The notes: generated by a model not told the origin, from the sequence alone. Numbered from the stretch's first letter, positions 18,217 through 28,508 are shown. The stretch is 64,000 nt of DNA from Candidatus Versatilivorator sp. (GCA_965207735.1 OZ242296.1:2912001-2976000); one strand, 5' to 3'. Program-made: numbers and translations.

Positions 18217-19914
18217 CCCGCATTTCTCACCAGAGTTCGCACAGGAGCGGTAAAAGGGGCCATGGAGGCATTTGAGGCCGAGTTTAACAACGTTGGTGGC
18301 TGGATCGGTAGGCAAAGGCCAACAGCGGAGGCTTCTGAGGCTCTCCGAGGAACCTCAGGCGGCATTTTCCCTCGAAAACAGCGACACCTCTGCCATCGGG
18401 CCTGGTGGCCGCGTCTTCAAGGGCCAGGAGTGACGGTCGGGTCAGGGCACCTCAGGGCGGCAGGTGAGCCCAAGCGATGCGGAACTCCCTCTGGTAAGGA
18501 CATCCGGAAGCCATGGCGACCTTGATGCGACGGACCGAGATGGTGACCTGAGCGCCGATCTTGAGCAGTTTGAGTCTGATGGAACCGACGGTGGCCCGGG
18601 CCAGGCAGGTGGATTGCAGCGCCCGCCGGCGCAAGCCCTCCACCAGCACATAGGCGAAAGAGGTCATCAGGAGCCGGAGCTGATTCGCCCGGAAGGAGTG
18701 GGTGGAGGTGCGATCGGCAAACAGGTCGAGTTGCTGCTCCTTGATGCGGTTTTCCATCTCACCGCGGGCACAGTAGATCTTCTCATAGAGGAACTGGGCG
18801 GGGTAGTCCTGGACCGACAGAGAGGTGACGACGAAGCGGGGGTTGGGGCCGCGGGGCAGGACCTCGGCTTTGGCGACCAGGCGGCGCTCGTGGGACCAGC
18901 TCTTGTGAGTGCGGTAGGAGAGGTCGGTGAAGATCCGGGCGGGCTGCTGTTGCTGGTCTGAGAGGGCCTGGGCCTGAGCCAACTCGGGGGCGATGGCGTC
19001 TTGGAGGCGGGAGTTGCGGGCCAGGCCGAAGAGATAGTCGACCTGATGCTGCTCACACCACCCCATCAGCTCCTCACGGGCAAAGCCGGAGTCGGCCCGC
19101 AGCAGGATCTTGACCTGAGGCCAGACACGCCGTAGGCGGGAGACGATGCGCTGGACCTGCTCCAGAGCGCCGGCGGAGGCATCGATGTTGGCGGGTCTGA
19201 GCAGGGCCGAGAGCAGATGGCGGCCCGAGAAGATGTAGAGGGGCAGGTAGCAGTAGCCTCGGTAGTAGCCGTGGAAGAAGCGGTCCTCTTGTTCCCCGTG
19301 GAGGGGATCGTCAGTGGCGTCGAGGTCGAGGATGATCTCATCGGGGGGTTGGGGATGGGCTTGCAGAAACAGTTTCACCAGGAGGGCTTGCAAGGCCTCG
19401 GGGTCGTGGTCAATCTTGTGGTAGCGGGTGGGGCCTTGGGTGGGGGCGTGTTCGAGTCGGTTGAGGGTGCTCTTGCCTGCCAGGGGAGGCGAGTCGCCAC
19501 GACGGCCTTTCTCTGAAAACAAGGCCATGAGGGGATCGTGACGGAGTTGGTCGTGGTCGATGAGATCCTCGTAGCCGAGGGCGATGCCACGGATGCGCTG
19601 AGCGATGAGGGTGCGCAGGCTGTATTGGGTCCGCTTGGGGTCGCGGTGATCGGTGAAACAGTCGGCCACCTGGTCGGAGAGAGATAAGCCCCGATCCACC
19701 CGGCGCAACAGCAGGGAGCCGGCATCGGAAGTGATGGGACCGCCGTCGAAATCAGCCACCACGCGGCGGCGGCCGTGGGGTTCAAACTCCAGGGGTTTGG
19801 TGTTACACTGTGTCGGCATCGGTTCTCCTTTAAGAATCTGGTTAACTCCTTAGACAAGAGTATTTTACCAGATTCCGAGAACCGATGCTTCCTACCTCTG
19901 GTGAGAAATGCGGG
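18217..19914 (-). mobile_element. IS1380 family insertion sequence, copy 2 (1698 bp)
   Basis: Same TIRs; TTAG duplication at 18213-18216 and 19915-19918. Confidence 0.95.
18452..19819 (-). CDS. IS1380 family DDE transposase
   Basis: Protein identical to 11914-13281. Confidence 0.95.
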   Translation of the reverse strand: MPTQCNTKPLEFEPHGRRRVVADFDGGPITSDAGSLLLRRVDRGLSLSDQVADCFTDHRDPKRTQYSLRTLIAQRIRGIALGYEDLIDHDQLRHDPLMALFSEKGRRGDSPPLAGKSTLNRLEHAPTQGPTRYHKIDHDPEALQALLVKLFLQAHPQPPDEIILDLDATDDPLHGEQEDRFFHGYYRGYCYLPLYIFSGRHLLSALLRPANIDASAGALEQVQRIVSRLRRVWPQVKILLRADSGFAREELMGWCEQHQVDYLFGLARNSRLQDAIAPELAQAQALSDQQQQPARIFTDLSYRTHKSWSHERRLVAKAEVLPRGPNPRFVVTSLSVQDYPAQFLYEKIYCARGEMENRIKEQQLDLFADRTSTHSFRANQLRLLMTSFAYVLVEGLRRRALQSTCLARATVGSIRLKLLKIGAQVTISVRRIKVAMASGCPYQREFRIAWAHLPP

Positions 19915-20099
19915 TTAGTGGTTAGTTATTAGATCGACACGTTAAGCACCTTCCCTGCGGCATCCTGTTCCACCCGCCAATCAACAACTCATCAATCAGA
20001 GTTTATTGGTGTTCATTCGTGTCCATTCGTGGTTCGTCGTTTTCCATTGTGAGCACCACCAATCCGTGGTTTCGTTGTCAGACCGAGCTTTGGGTAGTT

Positions 20100-20429
20100 T
20101 CACTTGGGCGGAAGGGATTCGGCGAACCTGGCGGCTCTGTTTACCCAGGCCGCCAGATCTTCCTCGGATGCGATGCCGGCCGGCTCCACCAGTGCCCATC
20201 CCTTCATGACCCGGCCATTCATGTCAGCCGGCTTGGTGTGCGGTTCCGTAAGCGTTCGATCGTGGTTCTTCTTGTCAAGCCGCACGATGAGCGATCCCTT
20301 CCAGGTGCCGACGCACATGTTTCCGTTGATCATGAAGCAGGCGCCGCCGAACATCTTCCGCTCGGAGACCCTCTCCCGCTTCGACAGGATCTGACGTATC
20401 CGCTGGTTCAGGGGCTCGTCGTTCGCCAT
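20100..20429 (-). CDS. TfoX N-terminal domain protein
   Basis: 'ERKMFGGACFMINGNMCVG...GRVMKGW...LPPK'; GGAGG RBS. Confidence 0.85.
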   Translation of the reverse strand: MANDEPLNQRIRQILSKRERVSERKMFGGACFMINGNMCVGTWKGSLIVRLDKKNHDRTLTEPHTKPADMNGRVMKGWALVEPAGIASEEDLAAWVNRAARFAESLPPK

Positions 20430-20458
20430 GTCCTCCCTCCTTCGCCGCGGCTCCGAGC

Positions 20459-21388
20459 CTACGACCGGCCCCGGTTCCACACCAGACGGTCTCGCTGTTT
20501 CTTCAGAAACTCCATCGGGCGCGCAGGGGCGCCGTCCCCGCCAGCCTCCTCGATCCACCGGTCGAACAGTCGAATCCCCTCATCCACCCGTTTCCGATGG
20601 ATGAAGTCATTGGCCAGCCATTCGTAGAAGACGGGGTTGGAGGGAAACTGGCCGATCATGCGGAACAGCAGGTCGCTGTAGTCGACGAAGCGGCGTTCGC
20701 TGTAATAGACCCCCAACAGGACGATCTTGGCCGTGGTCTGGCCGTATTCGCCCTTTTGCGCCACCGTCTCCAACTGCCTGAGTCCCTCTTCCCGATCGCC
20801 TCGGGCTCCAATCAGGAAGGCGAAGGGCTTGATGACGGCCGGCAGGGCTCCGCTGAAGTAGTTGAAGCCGCCGATGCCTATCAGGCAGTCGATGTAGTCC
20901 GGCCGCAACTCGGCGGCCTGCTGGTTGTGATATCTGCCCTTCAGGGCTGCCAGCATCGCACCCAGGTAGCTTCGATTAACGGTGACCTTGAATCGAGAGC
21001 GATTGGCGTAGGCCTTGGCCAGGTAGAGCCAGGCGTAGAAGTCTCCCTCATCCTTTTTCAGCAGAGCCTTGCCCTTGTCGATGGCTTGAGCGGTGTAGCG
21101 CTCGAACGACCGGGCAAGCCGTTTGTTGCGCTTGTCCAGCAGGGCCTTCCACCAGAAGATTTCCGCCCGGTACACATAGCCGATCGAACGATCCGGATGG
21201 TCCTTCACCATTTGGGTGAAGACTCGATCGGCCCGGTCCAGGTGGTATCCGTAGAGAAGCTGGAGACCCTTTCGCAACTGCTGCCCCAGTTCGGGATGGG
21301 TCTCGAGAAGTCCCTCAGAGGCGGCCGGCAGACACAGGCCCAGCAGCCATGCAACGGCGACCAACCCAGCGCCTGACTTTCTGCCCAC
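20459..21388 (-). CDS. exported helical-repeat (TPR-like) protein
   Basis: Signal peptide; helical repeats; 'GDREEGLRQLETVA..G'. Confidence 0.65.
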   Translation of the reverse strand: MGRKSGAGLVAVAWLLGLCLPAASEGLLETHPELGQQLRKGLQLLYGYHLDRADRVFTQMVKDHPDRSIGYVYRAEIFWWKALLDKRNKRLARSFERYTAQAIDKGKALLKKDEGDFYAWLYLAKAYANRSRFKVTVNRSYLGAMLAALKGRYHNQQAAELRPDYIDCLIGIGGFNYFSGALPAVIKPFAFLIGARGDREEGLRQLETVAQKGEYGQTTAKIVLLGVYYSERRFVDYSDLLFRMIGQFPSNPVFYEWLANDFIHRKRVDEGIRLFDRWIEEAGGDGAPARPMEFLKKQRDRLVWNRGRS

Positions 21389-21602
21389 GGCCCCTCACCT
21401 CCGAGTGCATTGTACTGTACCCGCCCCCTCCCCGGCGCTTTACAATCGGTCCGGAAAGGACTAAGTTCTGGAGGTCGCTCAGTCATTCCAGCCCCAATCA
21501 ACCCCAGCGCCGGCGTGCCCGGAAGCCCCGGTCCGAGGGGGAAGCGGCTTCCAAGCCTGGATCCATCAGGCAGATACCATCTTTGAATCGAGAGGGGGTG
21601 CT

Positions 21603-22913
21603 ATGAACCAGCCGGCAAGCGAGGGTCAGAGGCTGTCTCGCCGCGGCTTTATGGTCCAGGCCGGGTCGGCCGGCCTGGCCTTGGGAGTGGCCCCGGACAG
21701 CAGCTACGCACAATCAGGAGGTAATAGCGCCATGAAGATCACCGGGATCCAGACCTACAAATTTTCGGTCCCGACGGGCCAGGAAATTCGCGATCCCAAC
21801 ACCGGAGAACTCATTTCGAGCACGGCCAAGCCCTGGCTTTGGCTGAAGATCACCACCAATGCCGGCATTGTGGGCTGGGGGGAGGGCAGCGGGGAGTGGC
21901 TGGTGCCCTCGGTGGAAGCCACCCTGCACGAGTGGAAGCCGCTGCTGATCGGACAGGATCCGCTGGGCGTGGTCCGGTTGACCGAGGACATCCAGAACCG
22001 GCTTCCCTGGAAAGGCGGCGCCACCTTCGGCACGGCTATCGCGGCCATCAACATCGCGCTCTACGATATCGCCGGCAAGGCCTGGGGGGTGCCCATCCAC
22101 ACCATCCTCGGAGGCCGAAGACGCCACAAGGTCAGGGTCTACACCGGGGGCGCCCTGTTCGACAGCCCGGAGACGGCCGTGGCGCAAGCGAAAAAGATGG
22201 CCGAGGCCGGCTTCGCCGGGGTCAAGGGCAATCCCCTGGAGACCCGCACCTGGCCCATGGACGAGGCCGCCGTGGCCCACAGCGTGGCCTGCGTGGAGGC
22301 CATGCGCAGTGCCATGGGCCCCCACTTCGATATCCTTCTGGATACCCATGGAAGCCCCACCCCGGAGCTGAGCCTCGACTATGCCCGCCGGGTGGCTCCC
22401 TACAAGCCGCTCTTTCTGGAAGAACCCGTCAAGGTGGGGTCGATCGATGCCTTGCTGGCGGTCTCCAGGAACAGTCCGGTGCCCATTGCCACCGGAGAGA
22501 AGCTCTTTACCCTGAACGACTTCAAACCCATCATCGATCAGCGGGCCTGCGCGGTGCTGCAGCCGGACACGCTGCACGCTTTCGGGATCACTTCTCTGCT
22601 GGAGATCGCCAAGGCGGCCGAGCAGAACCAGATGCTGATGGCACCCCATATCGGAGGTGGGCCGATCTACTACGGCGCCAGCCTGGCCGCCGATTCGGTG
22701 ATGAACAATTTCCTGATCCAGGAGACCGGCTATTGGGATCTGTTCGACCGCTTCGTGGAGCACGAATGGCAGATAAAGGACGGATACGTCAACGTGACCG
22801 ATCTGCCCGGGCTGGGAGTCGAGGTCAAGGAGCAGGACATCGCCAAGATGCCCTACCAGCCGCTGCCTTTCCGGCAATACCGCCACGAGGACGGAAGCTG
22901 GAAAGGGTGGTAG
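21603..22913 (+). CDS. mandelate racemase/dehydratase family enzyme with Tat signal
   Basis: 'SRRGFM' twin-arginine; 'GWGE', 'IALYDIAGK', 'LDTHG', 'FLEEP', 'TGE'. Confidence 0.88.
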   Translation: MNQPASEGQRLSRRGFMVQAGSAGLALGVAPDSSYAQSGGNSAMKITGIQTYKFSVPTGQEIRDPNTGELISSTAKPWLWLKITTNAGIVGWGEGSGEWLVPSVEATLHEWKPLLIGQDPLGVVRLTEDIQNRLPWKGGATFGTAIAAINIALYDIAGKAWGVPIHTILGGRRRHKVRVYTGGALFDSPETAVAQAKKMAEAGFAGVKGNPLETRTWPMDEAAVAHSVACVEAMRSAMGPHFDILLDTHGSPTPELSLDYARRVAPYKPLFLEEPVKVGSIDALLAVSRNSPVPIATGEKLFTLNDFKPIIDQRACAVLQPDTLHAFGITSLLEIAKAAEQNQMLMAPHIGGGPIYYGASLAADSVMNNFLIQETGYWDLFDRFVEHEWQIKDGYVNVTDLPGLGVEVKEQDIAKMPYQPLPFRQYRHEDGSWKGW

Positions 22914-22931
22914 GGACGGTGGGGCTCCCCT

Positions 22932-24734
22932 TCATCCCCCGCTTACTCGAACCGGTTCGGCTCTCTCGGGAGTGACCCGGATGAGCTGGGCCCGCACTCG
23001 CGGGTCGGAATACTTGCCGTCATAGATGTAGAGCACCACGTCCGGCTCCACTTCCAGGGAGAAGCCGTTGGCGTAGAAGGGCGTGTCGATCCGGGTGGTC
23101 CGCCAGGTCATGCCGTCGTCCCGGCTCACCTGCAGGCCCACCCCGGGGTGGCGCCCGGCGATGACCAGGTAGCCGGACTCGGTAGAGGTCATGGAGTTGG
23201 TGGCCGCATACATGGGGAAGGGTCCCCGGGCGGCCGGACTCCAGCTCTTGCCACCGTCGGTGGACCAGCTCTCCCACATCCAGGGCGAGGTGTAGGCCCG
23301 AGTCAGGGCTACGATGTGCCCCTGGCGGGTTTCGGCGGCCGAGACTTCCGAACCCGTCTCCTTGGCCACCATGAAGTATTGGGGACTGGGATTGGGGCCG
23401 TTGACATCGACCGGCGCCGACCAGGTCTTGCCTCCGTCGGTCGAGCGGATGGAGAAGCCGAAATCGGCCTCGGTGATGGGCCCCCAGTAACGAACCCCGC
23501 CTTTCTCCATTATGGCGCCGTGCACGCTCTCGTTGGGTCCCACCGCGTAGCCGAAGCGCAGCAGGTTCCCGTTCTTCAGTTCCACTATCTTCCCCACGTA
23601 GGCGTTTCCCACCTCCAGGCCCTTGGCGAACTTGAGCCGGCCCCGCTCCTCGATGTCCCCCCAGGTCTTGCCGTTGTCGCTGGAGGCGGCGGTCAGAATC
23701 CGGAAGGGCGGCTCATGCTGGACCCAGTGCAGCCGTAGCAGGCCGTCGGTACCGGTATGGAAGCTCCCGTGCTTGAGAGCCTCCGGAAGCTTCCAGGGTT
23801 CGGACCAGCTTCTTGCGTTGTCGGTGGAGCGGAGCAGCACCTGCACGGCTCCCGGGACCAGATGCTCCTTGGCCACCGCCAGCTTCATGATCAGGTCGCC
23901 GTTGGGAGCACGCCCCAGGCTGGAGGCGTACTGCCACTTGCCCAGAGGGGTGTCGCCCAGGGGGTAGACATAGTTCCGGACCGGCTTGGGTCCCGGGTCC
24001 CAGGCCACCGAGCTGTCTTTTCGCCCCCGAATCCTCACGTTTCGAAAGCTGCTGCCCGCGCCGATATTGACTACAGGGTCCCCGTATGGGCCAACGGTGT
24101 CGGGATCCCGGGCGTTAAAGCTCTCCAGGCCCACGAAGCCCGGTCCGGCGTAGGTGTCGTCCCTGACCACCGGCAGCGGGCGGCCATTCACCCAGAGACG
24201 AAACTCGGGCCCCTCGACCACCAGTCTGACCGTGTGCCAGATCCCGATCTCGCTGGGCACGCCGTGGACCAGCTCCTTCTGCAGAAATCGCACCCAGCCC
24301 GATTCGTCAACCTTGGAGATGGCCGCCCAGAAGTGCTCGGCCCGGTACTGCTGGCCGGTGCAGGGGAAGTGGGCCATGTAGTATTGTTGGGCATCCGTGG
24401 CGCGAAACATCAGGCCTGCGCCGCAGTTCTGGATGTTCCAGCGGAAGTCGAACTCGGCCTCGAAGTCGGTATAGGCCCGGCTGGTGTTGAACGCCAGGTG
24501 CTCGTTGGCCGCCTTTCTGGGCGGGGTCATCACTCCCTCCCCGCTCTCCTCCCACTCCCCTCCGATGAACTGCCACTGGTCCTTGCCAAGGCTCAGCGAC
24601 TCGAACTCCGCCGGGGGCGGGCTGGGAAGGGTGCAGCCGGACCCCGCCAGCAGCAGGAGCAGGCAGACGGCCGGCAGCAGCCGGGCTGGATCCTTTCGGA
24701 CAACGGGACTCACGGTGACTCTGGCTGGCGACAT
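22932..24734 (-). CDS. sialidase-like (BNR/Asp-box) lipoprotein with N-terminal DUF1080-like beta-sandwich
   Basis: Lipobox 'AGSGC'; five S-x-D-x-G/A-x-x-W boxes; 'DFEAEFDFR...WHTVRLVVEG...FRNVRIR'. Confidence 0.75.
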   Translation of the reverse strand: MSPARVTVSPVVRKDPARLLPAVCLLLLLAGSGCTLPSPPPAEFESLSLGKDQWQFIGGEWEESGEGVMTPPRKAANEHLAFNTSRAYTDFEAEFDFRWNIQNCGAGLMFRATDAQQYYMAHFPCTGQQYRAEHFWAAISKVDESGWVRFLQKELVHGVPSEIGIWHTVRLVVEGPEFRLWVNGRPLPVVRDDTYAGPGFVGLESFNARDPDTVGPYGDPVVNIGAGSSFRNVRIRGRKDSSVAWDPGPKPVRNYVYPLGDTPLGKWQYASSLGRAPNGDLIMKLAVAKEHLVPGAVQVLLRSTDNARSWSEPWKLPEALKHGSFHTGTDGLLRLHWVQHEPPFRILTAASSDNGKTWGDIEERGRLKFAKGLEVGNAYVGKIVELKNGNLLRFGYAVGPNESVHGAIMEKGGVRYWGPITEADFGFSIRSTDGGKTWSAPVDVNGPNPSPQYFMVAKETGSEVSAAETRQGHIVALTRAYTSPWMWESWSTDGGKSWSPAARGPFPMYAATNSMTSTESGYLVIAGRHPGVGLQVSRDDGMTWRTTRIDTPFYANGFSLEVEPDVVLYIYDGKYSDPRVRAQLIRVTPERAEPVRVSGG

Positions 24735-24971
24735 GATTCACTCTCCTTGGTTTCGGGAGGCATTCTATCGCAGTTTTCGGACCGATTGACAGACCATTCC
24801 CCAGGCTGCACAATCGGTGTTTCCCCCCGAATCCTTCAGGGGAAGACGGGATGGCGGGTGTCGGGTACTCGGGGCGCCTGGCGGCGTGGGCGGACCTGAA
24901 ATTCGACTCCTGCCTCGGGCGCAGAAGGTGGCGCAATCCCCCCCCGGGCAGCCGGAAACGCGGGCTGAGAG

Positions 24972-26360
24972 ATGCCGAAAACCAAGGTTCCTGCTCCGGG
25001 TGTGGCGCAGAGCCGGCGAGGCCGATGGGGCCTGCCTGTCCTGCTGCTGGCGATGCTCTGCCTGGGGACGGCTTGCCAAATGGGGAGCACCCCTCCCAAC
25101 ATCCTGCTCATCATCGCCGACGATCAGGGCTATGGCGACTTCGGCTTCATGGGCAACCCGCTGGTGCGGACCCCTCACATCGACGAGCTGGCCAGCCGCT
25201 CGGCCCGATTCGTCAACGGCTACGTGCCCAACAGCCTGTGCCGCCCCTCCCTGGCCACCCTGCTGACCGGGCTCTACCCCCATCAGAGCGGCGTCACCTT
25301 CAACCGCCCCTATTTCGACCTGCCCCATACCCTGGAGAACCGCCATCGAGCCAGCTACCTGGTGCGCCGGGTGGACACCCTTCCCCGCCTGCTCTCCCGG
25401 GCCGGATACCGGACGCTGCAAACCGGGAAGCACTGGGAAGGCGATTTCGCCAACGCGGGTTTCGATGAGGGCATGACCCTGGCCAAGCCCCATCCAATTG
25501 AGAAGGACCCGGCCTTTGCCGCACTGGGCATGAAATCGGGACACGGCAACGGCGACGCCGGGTTGACCATCGGGCGGAAGACCCTGCAGCCCATCTATGA
25601 CTTCGTCGACCGGGCGGCCGCGGACGGAAAGCCCTTCTTTGTCTGGTACGCCCCTTTTCTGCCCCACCTGCCCCACAACCCGCCCCGCAGACACCTCGAG
25701 CCTTACGCGGAGGATGCCCGCCTGGCCGCCCACCTGGCTCCCTACTACGCTTGCATCAGTTGGTTGGACGAAACCGTGGGGGAGTTGCTGGGCGCCCTGC
25801 GGCAGCGGGACCTACTTCGCCGGACCCTGGTGGTTTTCGTAGTCGACAACGGCTACGTGGTGGACCCGGAGAATCCCAACCTTTCGGTGCGCAGCAAGAA
25901 CACCCCCTTCGAGCAGGGCCTCAGGACCCCTGTCCTGGTCGGTTGGGAGGGGCAGGCCAGACCCCGAACCCATGCCGGCCTGGTGAGCACCATCGACCTG
26001 GTTCCGACGCTGCTGGCCGCGGCCGGCATCGAGGAGGCGGGCGGGGACCTTCCGGGGCTGAACCTGTTGCCGGTCGTCAGGGGGCGGGTTTCCCTGCCGG
26101 CGCGACCGGTCTTCGGCGAGATCTATCGCGGCTATGCCATGGAGTTGGAACAGCCTGAAGCAGAGGTTGTTTACCGCTGGGTGCGCTGGGGGAACCACAA
26201 GTTGATCCTCCCCGAGGGCTCGGATGAGGAGACAATGCTGTTCGATTTGACTGCCGACCCCAACGAGTTGAACAATCTGGCCGGGAGTCCCCAAATGAGG
26301 AGCCGCCGGCAGGAAATGGAACGGTTGCTGGATGGCTGGTGGAACCCGCGAAAGGAGTAG
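24972..26360 (+). CDS. sulfatase (S1 family)
   Basis: 'PNILLIIADD', 'CRPSLATLLTG', 'GKHW', 'DNG', 'FDLTADPNELNNLA'. Confidence 0.9.
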   Translation: MPKTKVPAPGVAQSRRGRWGLPVLLLAMLCLGTACQMGSTPPNILLIIADDQGYGDFGFMGNPLVRTPHIDELASRSARFVNGYVPNSLCRPSLATLLTGLYPHQSGVTFNRPYFDLPHTLENRHRASYLVRRVDTLPRLLSRAGYRTLQTGKHWEGDFANAGFDEGMTLAKPHPIEKDPAFAALGMKSGHGNGDAGLTIGRKTLQPIYDFVDRAAADGKPFFVWYAPFLPHLPHNPPRRHLEPYAEDARLAAHLAPYYACISWLDETVGELLGALRQRDLLRRTLVVFVVDNGYVVDPENPNLSVRSKNTPFEQGLRTPVLVGWEGQARPRTHAGLVSTIDLVPTLLAAAGIEEAGGDLPGLNLLPVVRGRVSLPARPVFGEIYRGYAMELEQPEAEVVYRWVRWGNHKLILPEGSDEETMLFDLTADPNELNNLAGSPQMRSRRQEMERLLDGWWNPRKE

Positions 26361-26498
26361 TTCCGGCTCTAATCCACCGCTCTTGGGAAGGGCGCACGAG
26401 CCAAGCAATACCGAGGTGAGTTGTTTCCGTCGAGACGCATCGTGGCGTAACCGCCATTGGTGAATCATCCCCCGGGCGCCAGACCGGGAGTTCCAGTA

Positions 26499-26588
26499 AG
26501 CCGCGAATGCGGCGGCAGCAGGTAGCCGTGGGCGTAAGCCCATGGAAACGGCAACTCCACCCCCGAGCCGCGTAGGCGGCGACAGCAA
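26499..26588. repeat. REP-like family B element
   Basis: Matches 2247-2336. Confidence 0.8.
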
Positions 26589-26679
26589 CCAACTCGCGAG
26601 GGAAGCTCAACACGTATATGCGGGCCGGCTGCCTGGTTGGTTTGCCCACGGAGGAGTGGGAGGAGGAAACACCAACACC

Positions 26680-28296
26680 ATGAATTTCGACACGGGAGCT
26701 TTCCCACGACGGGCCGCTTTCCTTCTGTCGGCCGCTCTGCCACTGCTGGCAGCGTCTCTCTCGGCGGCCCCGGCCAAGGACCGCCCTAACATCCTCTTCA
26801 TCGCCGCCGACGATCTGCGCCCCCTGCTGGGCTGCTACGGAGAGCAGGCCGTTGAGACCCCCGGCATCGACCGGCTGGCCGCCCGGGGGACCACCTTTCG
26901 CCGGGCCTACTGCCAGGCACCCCAATGCAGTCCATCTCGAGTTTCCCTGATGTTCGGACTGCGGCCCGACACCACCGGCCACTACTCCAATCGCCACCCC
27001 TTCCACCGCGAACGCTTCCGGGAAAACCCCAGCCTCCCCGAGCACTTCAAGAACCACGGCTATCACACCCAGTCCTTCGGCAAGATCTACCACAACGAAA
27101 CCGACCATCCGGAGGGCTGGTCCGTGCCCAGCTCGCCGGGGCGGAAGCGGGAGATGTGGGAAACGGTGGATGAAGCAGCCATCGCCGGGGTGGAGTTCGC
27201 CCAGCGGGCGCAGGTACCCACCGTCATTCCTCCCAGAAACGATTGTCCGGCCATCCAGGCTCCCGACGTCCCCGACGAAGCCCTCTACGGCGGACGCATG
27301 ACCGCACAGGCCATCGCGGCCATGGCGGCCGTCAAGGACCGGCCCTTCTTTCTGGCCGTGGGCTACTACCGCCCCCACCTGCCCCTGGTCGCTCCCAAGA
27401 AATACTTCGACAAGTACCCGCTCAACCGCATCCGGCTTCCGGAGCACCGCCAGCCCCCGGCCGGCGCGCCTCTCTGGTCGATCTACAACTCGGTGACCTA
27501 CTGGCATCCCAGGGCCCGGGAAGTCTGGCGCATCGACCTGGATTTTCCCAAGTACCCCTCCACCCGGGAAGAGGCGCTCCGCTTTGCCGGCTGGGAGTTG
27601 CGCAGCTACCAGGGCATCCCTCCCGGCGGGCCTATTTCCGACTCCCTCCAGGCCCGGGTCTGGCAAGCCTATCTGGCCTGTGTCAGCTACATGGATGCCC
27701 AGGTGGGACGGCTGCTGCAGGCACTGGAAACCTACGGGCTCTCCGACAAGACCATCGTGGTGTTCTGGGGAGACCACGGGTGGCACCTGGGCGAGCACGG
27801 CACCTGGGCCAAGATGACCCTGTTCGAGTGGGCCACTCGGGTGCCTATGTTGATTGCAGCGCCCGGCCGCTCCCAACCCTCGCGGGTCGAGTCGCTGGTG
27901 GAGCTGGTGGACCTCTACCCGACCCTCTGTCGGCTGGCCGGTCTGCCCATTCCGAGGCACGTGGAGGGGAGCGACCTGGTTCCCCTGTTGAGGGACCCGG
28001 AACGGTCCTGGAAGCGGGCCGCCTTCAGCCACTTCCCCCGGCACGACCACAGCATGGGTCAATCCATGCGAACCGACCGCTACCGCTACACCGAATGGGT
28101 GGGGCTGGACGGCCGCCTCAAGGGCACGGAGCTCTACGACCATAACGACGACCCGCTGGAACTGGTCAACCTGGCGGCCTCCCCGGCCAGCGCCCGGACC
28201 GTGGAGCAACTCGCCCTCCAGATGAAGGCTGGATGGCGCGCGGCACGGCCTGCTGGCGGGGAAAATGGGTCCGGGAATAGCGGTCCTGCAGAATGA
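26680..28296 (+). CDS. sulfatase (iduronate-2-sulfatase-like)
   Basis: 'PNILFIAADDLRP', 'CSPSR', 'GKIYH', 'RPHLP', 'GDHGWHLGEH'. Confidence 0.92.
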   Translation: MNFDTGAFPRRAAFLLSAALPLLAASLSAAPAKDRPNILFIAADDLRPLLGCYGEQAVETPGIDRLAARGTTFRRAYCQAPQCSPSRVSLMFGLRPDTTGHYSNRHPFHRERFRENPSLPEHFKNHGYHTQSFGKIYHNETDHPEGWSVPSSPGRKREMWETVDEAAIAGVEFAQRAQVPTVIPPRNDCPAIQAPDVPDEALYGGRMTAQAIAAMAAVKDRPFFLAVGYYRPHLPLVAPKKYFDKYPLNRIRLPEHRQPPAGAPLWSIYNSVTYWHPRAREVWRIDLDFPKYPSTREEALRFAGWELRSYQGIPPGGPISDSLQARVWQAYLACVSYMDAQVGRLLQALETYGLSDKTIVVFWGDHGWHLGEHGTWAKMTLFEWATRVPMLIAAPGRSQPSRVESLVELVDLYPTLCRLAGLPIPRHVEGSDLVPLLRDPERSWKRAAFSHFPRHDHSMGQSMRTDRYRYTEWVGLDGRLKGTELYDHNDDPLELVNLAASPASARTVEQLALQMKAGWRAARPAGGENGSGNSGPAE

Positions 28297-28508
28297 CCCT
28301 GGTCACTCGCATCCAAGTGTCCAAGTGACCCCCTGGATTGCACAGCAACATCCATGCCGTGTTCGGCTGATACCGTGGTACCATCAAAGCACTCCCTCAG
28401 CCAGCACAGCCAGCACCATGCAAGGTAAAGAGAATCAATGATATCCGGCGTTGGTCAACAAGATTGATCGACAAGCCGGACAGTCAACAGGCGAAGGGAC
28501 CAGGAACA

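Noticed and set aside
11819-19914. Inversion having already occurred between the IS1380 copies
   Set aside because: Each copy has matching TTAG flanks and both interrupted sequences rejoin colinearly
24902-24923. TTCGACTCCTGCCTCGGGCGCA resembling a tRNA 3' end or att site
   Set aside because: No 5' half, no second copy and no mobile genes nearby; may be chance
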